Source: Macrostomum lignano (Eukaryota). From it: DNA of 64,000 nt. The stretch is from the NCBI GenBank assembly GCA_002269645.1, contig NIVC01002422.1, forward strand, positions 1-64,000, given 5' to 3'. The notes below the pieces were generated by a model that saw only the letters and a list, made by a program, of their open reading frames with translations, was not told the origin of the DNA and did not search any database. A program made the translations under genes and the position numbers. Each line of letters opens with the position of its first letter. Positions within the stretch are counted from its first letter, which is position 1. Shown one piece after another: positions 10,605 through 22,600 of the stretch.

Positions 10605-13600
10605 TCAGTCCATGCCAAGCGGCTTCACATCCTGCCTGCCGGCTTGCACCAGCGCCTTGCATTGGGAAGCGGGATTTATTGATGACATATTATTTTAAAA
10701 ATACGATTTCAGAATTATCAAATAATGATTAAAATTCACAATGTCTCCACTTCATAATTTACGATTGAAAATCCAGATTAAAGTCCCAATTGAAATCCCG
10801 ACTGAGAATCCCGATTGAGAATTCTGATTGAGAATCCCGATTGAGAATCCCGATCGAGAAGACACCAGTATAAATTCATGATTATATCAATCCAAAAACC
10901 TAGAGGCAAATCTCTGCCATTTTGCATAAAACTCCACTCAAGTATTTTAAAAAAAGAAACAATACATAAAATCTGACAGCAAAATTTTCCATTCTCACCT
11001 CTTTCTGACGCAGAATTTCAGTCCAATCTTTCTGGGCAAGTTTCGGAATGACCTCCCGTATGATCAGCTCGGCTTTGTGCGCGTTTTCTTTGAATGTCTT
11101 CAGCACCTTCTCCACCGACACCTGTAGAAAAGCAGCCCATCATTGAGAGCTTAATTATTACTATAAAACGCTGTGACTACATGACGCTCATTCAGAAAGC
11201 GCCGAGAGAAGATGACACGCCATTAGAAAGCGCCGAGAGAAGATGATGCGCCAGCAGAAAGCGCTAATAGAAGATGACGCGCCAGCAGAAAGCGCTGAGA
11301 GAAGATGACGCGCCAGCAGAAGGCGCCAAGAAAAGATGACGCGCCAGCAGAAAGCGCCAATAGAAGATGACGCGCCAGCAGAAAGCGCTAATAGAAGATG
11401 ACGCGCCAGCAGAAAGCGCCAATAGAAGATGACGCGCAGACACTCACATGCTCCTGATCCTCTCTCCAGCTGTCATAGTCGGTCACCATGGCGATAAGCG
11501 CGTAGCACAGACCGGCCTCCTTAGCTAGCACTACCTCAGGCACAGTGCTCATATTGATGACGTCACAGCCCCAGGCGTGCCACAATCGGCTCTCAGCCCT
11601 AGACGAGAACCTCGGACCCTCGATGGTGAGCACAGTGCCTTTTGGGTGAATGTGCATGCCAAGACCCTTGCAGACACTGTTGACAATGGCTCGGGTGTGC
11701 TCGCAGAACGGCTCAGCCATGGGGATGTGAAACACGCCGTCCGGATGGCCCGGCTGTCCATCGTAGAAAGTCTCAATCCGGTGCCTTGTTTGGTCGATGA
11801 ACTGGTCAACTAGCACAATGTCGCCAGGGTGCGTGTGCTCCTGAGGTCGATAATCATTGTGGTTAAAACTGAGAGTTTTTATTATAGGGCATGAGCAGCC
11901 ACACGCTCACACAGGGTGTACAGCGGCCCTGACTTAATTTATCGTCAGGCGTGTATACTTCACTGTGCCTTGGGGGAGGGGGCGCTCAAGGGCTTTAATC
12001 GCACGAGCAGAGCCAAGCTGAGATTCTAATTTAGCCTCAAATAAATTTTATGCTACAACACTATATCATTATTCATTTGATTTAAGAAGTCGAACACTTA
12101 ATATGACAAGGCGAACCATATTCAACCCGTGCTTCGACGATTGTCTATGGCCAAAACCGTACAAGGGGAGAACAATGAATTTCAGACACGGCCAACCATA
12201 TTCAACCCATGCTTCGACGATTGTCTATGGCCAAAACCGTACAAGGGGAGAACAATGAATTTCAGACACGGCCAACCATATTCAACCCATGCTTCGACGA
12301 TTGTCTATGGCCAAAACCGTGCAAGGGGAGAGCACTGAATTTCAGACACGGCCAACCATATTCAACCCGTGCTTCGACGATTGTCTATGGCCAAAACCGT
12401 ACAAGGGGAGAACAATGAATTTCAGACACGGCCAACCATATTCAACCCATGCTTCGACGATTGTCTATGGCCAAAACCGTGCAAGGGGAGAGCACTGAAT
12501 TTCAGACACGGCCAACCATATTCAACCCGTGCTTCGACGATTGTCTATGGCCAAAACCGTGCAAGGGAAGAGCACTGAATTTCAGACACGGCCAACCATA
12601 TTCAACCCGTGCTTCGACGATTGTCTATGGCCAAAACCGTGCAAGGGGCGTCGAGCAGTTGAGTTTAGACTTTAAACTCAGAACCATTAGATAAAAACAG
12701 TGTATTTTGTGATGCACACTGCCAACAAGTCTGCAACTGCAACTGTGACTAAACTGTCAGACCGCATGTGAGCTCAATCAGATGTTTTCACGGGCCAAGC
12801 GCCGCGGGCCAGGAAGCGCAGTGTGTGAGCAAATCAGCTGCTGCACTCTTGTCAACCGTGATGACAGCCACGCCTGACTCAGCGATTCTCTGCATTGTCA
12901 TGGAACGCCAATCCTGTAGATTGATTTTGTCTGGTGGCCTCTCCAGCTCTGGTGGGCATGACTTGTCTGAATTGAACTGCTCCGTGTCTTGAATTCAATG
13001 CTCTGCCTGTGCCACAGACCTTAGGCGGTGTTTTCACCATAGACGAAAGTAGAAGCATTGGTTGAATACGATTGGCGGTGTCCGCTTGGGGTTTTACATA
13101 CACACACACACCAGCTGTCATGTTTAATTAGTATGTTAATCGCATGACGCACGTGCTCACACAGTTTGTACAGCGCTACCTACCGTATGTAAGAGTTACT
13201 CTTAAAGCCATTCATTTACGCATTTAACTCTGCTAATGCTTGGTGTCGCCGCTAGAAAGCGGCAAGTGTCTTCTTCAAAATACTAGAGCAATAACAGTGA
13301 AAATATTTAGGCAAGCTTGGTGTAGCTGCGTTTTTTCTTAAGATTCTCGTTTACTGCACCACTTTTGACCATAGACAGCGAATGCGTGCGATACAAAACC
13401 AATTTAGGTGCAAGCAATTTGTTTTTAGGTTGTGCAAGCCTATGACAGTCTACTCAGTACTCAACTAACCTTATCTCTGAAACTTATAATCCAAATCTAA
13501 ACTTAAAGTTATTTTTAAAAAGACACTTTAGGCCGCTTTTCAACGATACCAAATTTGTGGGTCTGCGGTTTACTAAAGATGAGCTGCGATAGTACAGTTA

Positions 13601-16600
13601 CAAAAGGCAATAGATAGGAATCTCACTTGCAATCCGCCGCATGCAGACGTGGCCAGAACATGCGTGCAGCCCTCGGACTTCAAGGCCCAAATGTTAGCTC
13701 TGTAGTTCACGTTCGTAGGGTTGAACTGGTGTCGGCGGCCGTGCCTGAGGCGCGGAGTCGAGGGTGGATAAGACAGATTACGTAACACAATGAGAAACAC
13801 GCCTGACCCGCTTCAAGTTGACCAGGTGTGTGGCGAGGGGTCATAACTCTAAGGGTGGTAACTGACCTGAGGGCTGAACCAAGCAGTCGAATTAGCAGCA
13901 TAGCTAACCACAGCCAACTCTACCTAACTGCCTAGACGCACTCTCGCGCAACCACGACCCCTGGTTCGATTCCGCGAGCGGCCAAATTTATTTGGGGCTT
14001 GTGTGCTCTAAAAATGGCCGGACTTTGTCGTGCGACTAACACCTATGAGAGCCAACCCTCAAGGCGCAGAGAGTGTACATGCCTGACGATTAGAAAGTCA
14101 GGGCCGCTGAACACCCTGACTAATCGTATATGACTAAGCGTGCCCGTCGAAACATTCACCCGGAAACTTCACCCAGAAATTAGTGATATGACAAATCCCG
14201 GAACAAAGCTTAATCCGGATGGATTTCCCGGCACATTTCACCCAGATCAGAGTGCTTGTTCCCGGATAACTCCCGGATCTTTCCCGAATCAGGTGGGTCT
14301 TGAAATCGGAAAAGATGGGAATATATCCACTAACATGGCGATTTTTAGCGGAAGCCTCCGATGGAGACCCGCTGAATACAGACCCCAGCAGATGGTTTAT
14401 CCCATCAGGCAAACCCTCGCATCCGTTTGGTCAGCGGCGCGAATTTCTCTTGGAAACACTGCACTGTAGCCTTCGTAATGTGAGGCCGTGCCCACCCTAA
14501 AAAGGTTTGACTCCCGATGGTATGTAGTCTGTCGCGGTTACTTAGTGTAACAGATCACCCCTTTGTCTGGTGCAGCTGGGTGTCTAGATGGAGCTGTCGT
14601 ATGGTTCCAAAAGCTCCTACTGACCCAGTGTCTAAGACAGCCTTTTCTATTTTAAGACACGCTATTCTAGCTCTTGCTAGATTGGGTTGTCTAAAGCGTT
14701 TGCAGTGTTGCTGAATACTCGATTAATGGCTACAAGGGGTAATTAATCCTCGATTTCACTACGCAATTATTTCTCTCTTCCTAAACCTTGGTCCACTTGT
14801 TTGTTCAATTCCCATGAGTATTTTTATCTCCTTTAAATGTTACTTTACATATAACTTGTGACATTGATTGTAATAAATTCCGGTAATTAAACAACCATTA
14901 CTGTCTTACTGTTATTTTCAGTTACAATATCATTTTACCCCCTTAGCATGACAGGAGGAGGTGGCGGCCGAGGCGGAAGCGGAACGGGGTCAGTTCAAAG
15001 TAAGTCTGTATTAATACTAGTATTATACATATACGTATGTTTATAAATGGCATAAATATTTACAAAAACATTTCCGTATTGTAGAGAGGTGTTACGTCTG
15101 CAACAAATTAGGCCATCAGTCAAAAAATTGTTGGCACAAAAAGAAGGCAAAGACACCGACACAAAAACCGCCGCCGCAACAGGATTCGCCGCAGGAGCAG
15201 GAGAAGGAGAAGCAAGACTAACCCAAGTGTTAAAAAACAGGCGCTGCGCCAGCGTGCATATGATTTGTGCTGTTGGGACTTGTAATGACTCTAAGCAGCG
15301 CAATTTTCTTGTACAACGTAATCTAGGTACAAACTATCAAGCAACTAAAATCGCAAGTCTGGTTTTCAGTTTTCACTTGGTGATCTATCTGATTAAAGCG
15401 CACAAGGATAAATATAAATGTGATCAATCCTTCTAGACAGTTTTTGTATTTCTTATTCGGTAAAACAGGTCGTATCAATTAATGCATGCTGTGCAATGTT
15501 TGCCTTTTTGCGGACTGCTGAATATTTAAGGTGATTGAAGTGTGAAATCCTCGGATATTTTTTTCAATCAGTCCATGCATATACCTCTGACAGTAGTACC
15601 TAATTAATATGCAATTATTTCAGCAGCTAATTTTAGAGTGTGGAGAATGTAATGAGTTGCTTACATGTATTTTATTTTTACTTCCTACCTACTAATGCTA
15701 CCATCTCATATTCGGCATACAGCGCGCATCAGTATAGTAAATCTTTCAAGCTGACTCCATCAGAACGAAGTTAAATTCTGCTCCGGTAAAGAGACAGAGG
15801 GTATTGTATAGTAAGTTCTAATTGGTTACTTTAAAAAAGTTATGTAATTAATGTAATTATCTGCTGGAACTGGTAAAGAATAATTAATTGGTTTGCTATT
15901 GGTAAATTTGTCTTCTGAAAATTCCGATTCAGAGAACAGTTGTTTTTAGGTGGAAAAATGCTTTTGCCTTCCATTCTTCTGTTTTCTCCTTTGAATAACT
16001 TTGTGTGCAACTTGAAATGGCACATACTGATGAATAGGTAGCTCACCCACTGATGGACACGTAGCTGACCCACTGATGGACAGGTAGCACATATTAATTA
16101 ATTAACGACTGCTAAACGTTAGAATATTATATTTTGTATACAAAGCCCACTAAGCTTCTTAGTTAGTTCTTAAAATTTAAGCCAAAAAAGATAAGAACAC
16201 TAATAAACCATCGCTTTAATAGCACATACTGATGGAGGGACTGTAAATACTCTAGTGGTACTTGGTGGGATAGCCTGCACGGGACAGTCTCGTCGAGACT
16301 GAATTGTGCATCGCGTTTAATTTGGAAATTTAGCGTAAGGTATTTTATAGTATGTACAAATATTGATCATTGCGAAATATTTTAGCAGTATATGTATACC
16401 TGCAGTTAATTTCTGTTTCATAAATTTTTTATAAATTTATTTAAACAGTTATGTATAAACTTTGTTTAAATTAAATTAAAAATGTAGCCCATTAAGCTTC
16501 TTAGTTCTTAATTTAGGTCATAGCCATAAAAGTTACGAACATTAAAACCATCGTCCCACCTTTGAAGACGACAGCGTCTTCATTCACTAGTTTAAGGTTT

Positions 16601-19600
16601 AATTTTTAAGTTGAGTGTTATACGCTCGTACATGGTCATCTGGTCTCATTTATTTTGTTTTAAGTAGATAAAATAGCGCTTTCTTGCAACTACGGCAAAA
16701 GCGATGTAAGGCCCCAAAGCAATTATTTATTGTATATATGCGTTTCTTAGCATAAGCTGCACTATGAACCGCCCAAACTCTTGCGTCCTTGCGTATTTAA
16801 CATTTGGGTCATCCTTATGTACCCTGAATGAGGGGATCGACCGGCTGCACAGATTGGAGACCATCTTATGGTCAAGTACTGGGCCGTCTTTCACGCTACT
16901 CCGAATTCGGCTGCGGTTCCAAAAAGGAATTGGTGGACAAGTTTCCCACTGAAGCGGCTAAAGTCGACGTGGCCACAGACGGGCGCTATGTGTGGCTCCG
17001 CACACATGCGAAGCACCCAGCCGGACAAGCAGCGCTCGGCGCCTTCTGGCCGAAAGATGCCAGGCAGCAGCGTGCCGTCTATGAGCTTCTTACTCAGTGG
17101 AGTTGGTAGGACACTGTACCCATGGTCGCACTGTCAGGTTCCCGACCGGCACCGCAGCCTCCCGTTCTAGTGCCTGAGCGCCACATATATCAAAGACTGT
17201 CTAACAACCGCTCTACCGATCAAATCTGCATAGAACAACAGCGGCAGTCGGATGGCTTTGCCAGAGCGGTGCAATGCGGCTGCAGTTTTTCTGTCAGGCC
17301 CAATCACGACGTGGCCTCTACGGCTCCAAATAGACATCCTGGGTCTTCTAACCGCTGCGTTGCGCGACCCGGTGCATGTCGCTAAAGGCTTCCAATGTTC
17401 GACTAACTGCCTACTACACCTCGTGTGCAACAGCGCCCGGACTATGGGCCTCGGTTACGAGACATACCTCAGAGGTCTCGGTAAGCCACGCCTGGCCGGC
17501 ACAGAGGCTATTGTCGATCGGAGCGACGCATTGTGTTGGTCACTCATAAATAATCGAGCGTCCCGCTAAGAGTGTAGCGAAGGCAAAAATGTGTCATCAA
17601 ACTGTTTCTTGATGCACTCGTCGCAGAGGGCGGCTCAGGATTTTGTCCGGCGGACAACGTTGCCGTCACTATTACTGGTGTAGAGGTTTAATACTGTGCA
17701 ATCGGCGATGCGTTCGTGCTCGAGGATATGTGGCAGATTGCCTCCTCTAACCTGCGACCAATTTGCCTGCTGAGATAGCCTGTGCAGAACTTAGAAATAG
17801 AACCTCTGCACACCATGTCAGGCGTTCTCTTCGAGTCGGACATCCGTGGGTGTCGCTTCTCGTGTACGGCAGCTCCTTTGTGACCCCTTTGGCTGCGTAG
17901 TGAATTTTTTACTGCATTTAATTTCTTCTTTTCGTCAGTAAGTGGTGCAAGGTACACGTTCCCCTCCTTACAATGATGTTCGAATCCATTGATGTATTTT
18001 TACTGCTGTGTCGCCCTGTAAAATCAAATGCTTTTGGCGGGCAGGCCAATAACAATTGTATTAGAACATTTTTAATACAAAGTATACCAATGTTTTCTCT
18101 AATTTTCGATGAGTAACATTTTATCGGTAGCTGTCTTCAGTATTTTATTGATTTTTGTTCCCAACTGTTTGTTATAGTTATTGTTTTCATAGTATACTTA
18201 TGACTTAGAACTACGGCAGCATAGTTATATGTTAAGCCCAGCTGATTAATTAAGTTGCAGCATGTAATTAATGGCGGCCCACCGCTAGGTCGCGCCGCGA
18301 AAGCCACTCACTCTGCAGCTAGTTGTAACCTATACAAAACGGCCTACAATGGCATATTATTTTCACGCTCATTCCAGTCAACGCGTGTACCGCTACAATG
18401 TCCAATCAACATTGCTACAATGTTTGCAAAGTGAACGCTATTCTGCGAGAGAATAGTGACCTTCGGCGTTTGCAACGCCAACGCCAGTCGAACTTCTCAG
18501 ATGAACAATTAAAAGTTGCCTGGGTACTCTGGGTACTCTGAAGTTGTCAGGGATGGCTCCTTAAAGGATCAATTGAAGTAGACCACACGCTACCTGAAAG
18601 TGCTGCTAGTGGAAAATGCACGAATTCGTCGGGAAATCGGCGCGGCACTGCCGCTACACCAGATACCAGAAATTTTCGTCCAATGTGGCGACGCTCACTA
18701 CCGAAGCGTCAAGAATGAGGATCTCTGGGTGTCTTAAACGGCAGTACGTGCAGCTCGTTCGGCGCCCGTGGTGCAGAGTGGGTGACCCCGGCTTCCGGGT
18801 GCGGAAGAAGAAACCTTTAAGCCGCGCTATGCGAGCCGAAGGCTGGCTCTCTGAGGCGACCCTTACCCCGACGAAGCCTGAGCTACCCACGGGCTAGAAC
18901 TAACGCCAAAAAACGCGTGGGCGCGGACCAGGGACTTCTTAAGCTAGCACCGGGACACACAAGGTATGGCTGTGAGCCACGGTTTCCCTGCAAGATAAGG
19001 CCGGTTTTTTACAGGGGGCATGGAGGAAATGCACAGACTTGCTTTGTCCGCTTGCTTATATACTTCGAATAATAGAAGGAACTTCCTTGATCCGTTTTCA
19101 TTTTGCTTGTGGCCCTTACAGAAATAATATTTTTAGTGAACTTACATTTGCATTAAATAAGTATTAAATTTAAGCATGGTCAACAAGTGCTCTGCAGTCG
19201 GATGCAAAAGTGGATACACAAGTTCTGCACTGCTGAAACTGTTACATTCCATTCTTTTCCACTGAACGACCGAATATTGCTAGAAAAGTCGAAGAAATCG
19301 ATTCCCAATCAAAACTTGGAGCCAACGAAGTACATGCGAATTTGCTCATTGCATTTTTCGCAGCAAGATTTCATTGAAGCGTCTCGGGACTCCTTTGGCA
19401 TTTAGTGCAAGAGGGACAGCAGCACGCTTAAAAAGCGATATCTGAAACCCAATGCTATGCCTACGATTTTTCCCAATGCAGCAAGGTATCTGTCAACGCC
19501 TCGACAGCCAGCGCAAAGCACGTGTTCAGCGACATCCTCTGCTCGACTCGACTTGGACAACATGCGTCTTCAGAGTGAGATCAACGATTTTTTGTTGAAG

Positions 19601-22600
19601 ACTCAATTCTCGATCGCACACCCGTGGAGATTCAGGAGTTGCTCGATGCAGAGTAGAGCCCACCTGCTCGATTTCACCACAGCATCTGCGACGGCCAGTT
19701 GTGTATTTACATGCTGGATGTGAAGCCAGTCTGCCGGATCACCTGTTCCATCTGCATTGACTCCGATCATAAAGTCCCTTAGAAAGTCCCTTAAAGTCGA
19801 TCTTAAAATATCGGTATCAACGGTTCCCCGCTGTCGAAGGACAAGGTGACTGACTTTGCTCGTAACGAAGGCATGATTTCTACGAGTACTATTAGTGGGC
19901 TGCTGAATCTTATGGCAAAGGTAAAGAACTGGAAGGAAAACACTAATCTGTCTGAGTCGCCTGAGCAGGCTAACGGCTTCCTCGACTTGGCAGAGGATAG
20001 CCTAACAAATGTGCTCGAACGGAAAGAAGACAAATCTGTGGCAGCAGCTACAGCTCAGTAGGACTAAAAAGGCAGCAAGAGTCTACTCTCAAGAGCTAAT
20101 AGTTCTAAGCTATATGATTTACTCTATCAGCACCTCCGCTTACAATGCTCTGTGTGAGCAAGAAGTTATTCACCTCCCGTCAGTGAGAACGCTGAAAAAT
20201 ATCACCAGACGAGTCGGACGGGATGGATTGAGTCGCCACGGCTACCTGCGCCTTCGAGCAAGTAAGCTGCTGACTCAAACGGTGAAAGTGGTGCTGCTAA
20301 TGGTGGATGAGATTTACATAGCTAACCGAATCGAATACTGCGCCGGGCAATTACGCGGAGTCGACGAATGCGGAGCGATAGCTACCACGTACTGCTGCTT
20401 AATGATTAAGTCCATTGCTGGGAAGTACAAGGACATGGTAGCAATGCATGCTGTGGCCAACTTAACAGCCAATAAGCTTCACACTTGGTTTTAAGATGTG
20501 ATGGAACTGCTGCCAGCTTTGAATTTTACTGTGATTGCCGTCTCACTTGACAATGCTGCAGTCAATCGTAAATTCGCCACTGACTACATCTGCGACGGAG
20601 AGCTCAAGACCTCGGTCATCGACAAAACCACGGGTCAGCCGATGTTCGTTTTCTTCGATCCTGTGCTCAACCTCAAGAACATCTACAACAATTTCCAATG
20701 TCCAGCCTTTCCACCTGTTTTGCTGCGCACTTGTGAGGCACAGTTTCAGCACATCACTGATTTGTACAACATCGAAGCCTGCAAAACAGTGCGACTAGCC
20801 CACAAGTTGAGTTCAACTGTAATCAGCCCCCGAAGCATTGAAAAATCATCCGCGAAGTTGGCAGCGGCGATTTTTTTCGAGTCGACACGCGACGCGCTCA
20901 AGTACTACTCCGATCACGAAAGAAAGAACTGGACCGACACCGCAGAATTCATCGGCGCTGGGCTTAAGCTCTGGAAAATTCTTAATGTCAAGACGGCATC
21001 AAAAGGCCGGCGAAAGCGCGACATAAATCAGGATCATGTGCGGTCATCTCTCGACTGGAAGCTTCAGTATCTGGAGGAATTCAGCGAGTTTTTTCAGGTG
21101 AGGAAAATAGAACATACATGTACTTACAACCAAAATAGGCCAAGTAGAGTAGAGTAGAGTATATATAGTATAGTTTACTTAAAAACGTACGTGTTAGTAT
21201 AGCAAAAGTATATGGCAAGAAAAAAAGCCAGTTTAAAATCCTTTTTATCTCATACACATAATTTCAGTCTTGGAAAACTTCCGGCAGCCGCGGCTTGTCC
21301 AGGAAGACCTTTCTGGCTTGTCGCCAACCTGCCGAGCTATCGCTGCCTGCGCGAGGCAACTTCTGGACCGTGAAGACTTTTCCTACGTCCTACTCGGCGC
21401 CCTGCAGTCCGACAGCATCGAGAGCAGATTCGGTTGGCTTCGCCAGATGTCTGGAGCGAACTATTGCATTTCGGCCAGGCAGCTCTCCGAGAACAACCGG
21501 AATATCGCAGCTATCAGTTTGCTCAATTTCTCGCAGTTTTCGTTCCAAGATATTGACCGTGCAATCGCCGAGTCGACTTATTTTCCTGATGTTATGTCCA
21601 ACATGAAGAAACTGGCTCAGGAGATCGCAGCGAAAATGGAGATGACTTTTCAGCCCGGAGAATCCGACTGCACTGTCATCTACTACATGAGCGGCTGCAT
21701 CGCAAAGAAGCTTCTGCAGAACAGGCGTGGCTGCGAGTCCTGCCGGGAGCTTTTGCTTGAGTCAGATTTTCTGCCTCCTCTTAAAGCAGATGCTCCGGTC
21801 CAGTCCGCTGCCTCCAATTTTATTGATGAGATCAATCGCGGCGGGTTGTCCAAGCCGGCTGCAATTGTTTTCAATCTCGCAAGCCACTGTCGGAGAATTT
21901 TTGAGGAGATTCGACAGAGCGAAACACTGCGAAGCCAGCTGCTCTGCGCTTCGAGCCAGGTGCTGCTGTTCTCCAACCTCGTGGACGAGCTGATGGAGGA
22001 TGATATCTTCATGGAAAGCTTCTTTGGTCTCACTATCTGTTCTCAAGGCCACTGCATCAAGGGCGGCGTTGTCAGGTTCTTCTTTAACTTGATGATGAAG
22101 AACCTGTCGAAGGACTTGTCAGCAGCGAGCACCGCTGCCAGAAGAAGTAGGAAGCTAGCGAAGCTTTCCAGCCTGTGCACGGACAAGTAAGGCAATGATC
22201 ATATCATATTCATAGGAACTGCATTAATGGACATTTTCTTAATTACTATGCTGTCAAATGTAGCTCATAGGTTAAAAGCTACCTGGAATTACCTTATGCT
22301 TTTTGGCACTTATGCACATTTCTGAATTAAAATTTCAATTACCACAAAGTTGCTGGATAGATGATGTTTTACTGCTAAAATGAAAACTGCGTTGCGATTG
22401 AAATTGCTATAAAATGTACTGAAAATTGCTTACTTGCTCTGAATTAAACGCTTTTATCTACTAAATTTTACTAAATAAATCAATAAGAAATTATAAAATA
22501 TACGTGAATAAGCTTCTATTTATCCAAATAACCATTTTTGGAAAGCAAATGCAAGCATATTATAGAAAATCGCATAAAATATCCACTAGCGTGCGTATCA

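Noticed and set aside
12105-12648. CRISPR-like appearance of the 80-bp (and 57-bp) arrays
   Set aside because: Units are contiguous with no unique spacers, there are no cas genes, and the context is a eukaryotic intron.
16025-16090. Hammerhead ribozyme core CTGATGA
   Set aside because: No correctly placed GAAA or flanking helices; it is part of a short 23-bp tandem duplication.
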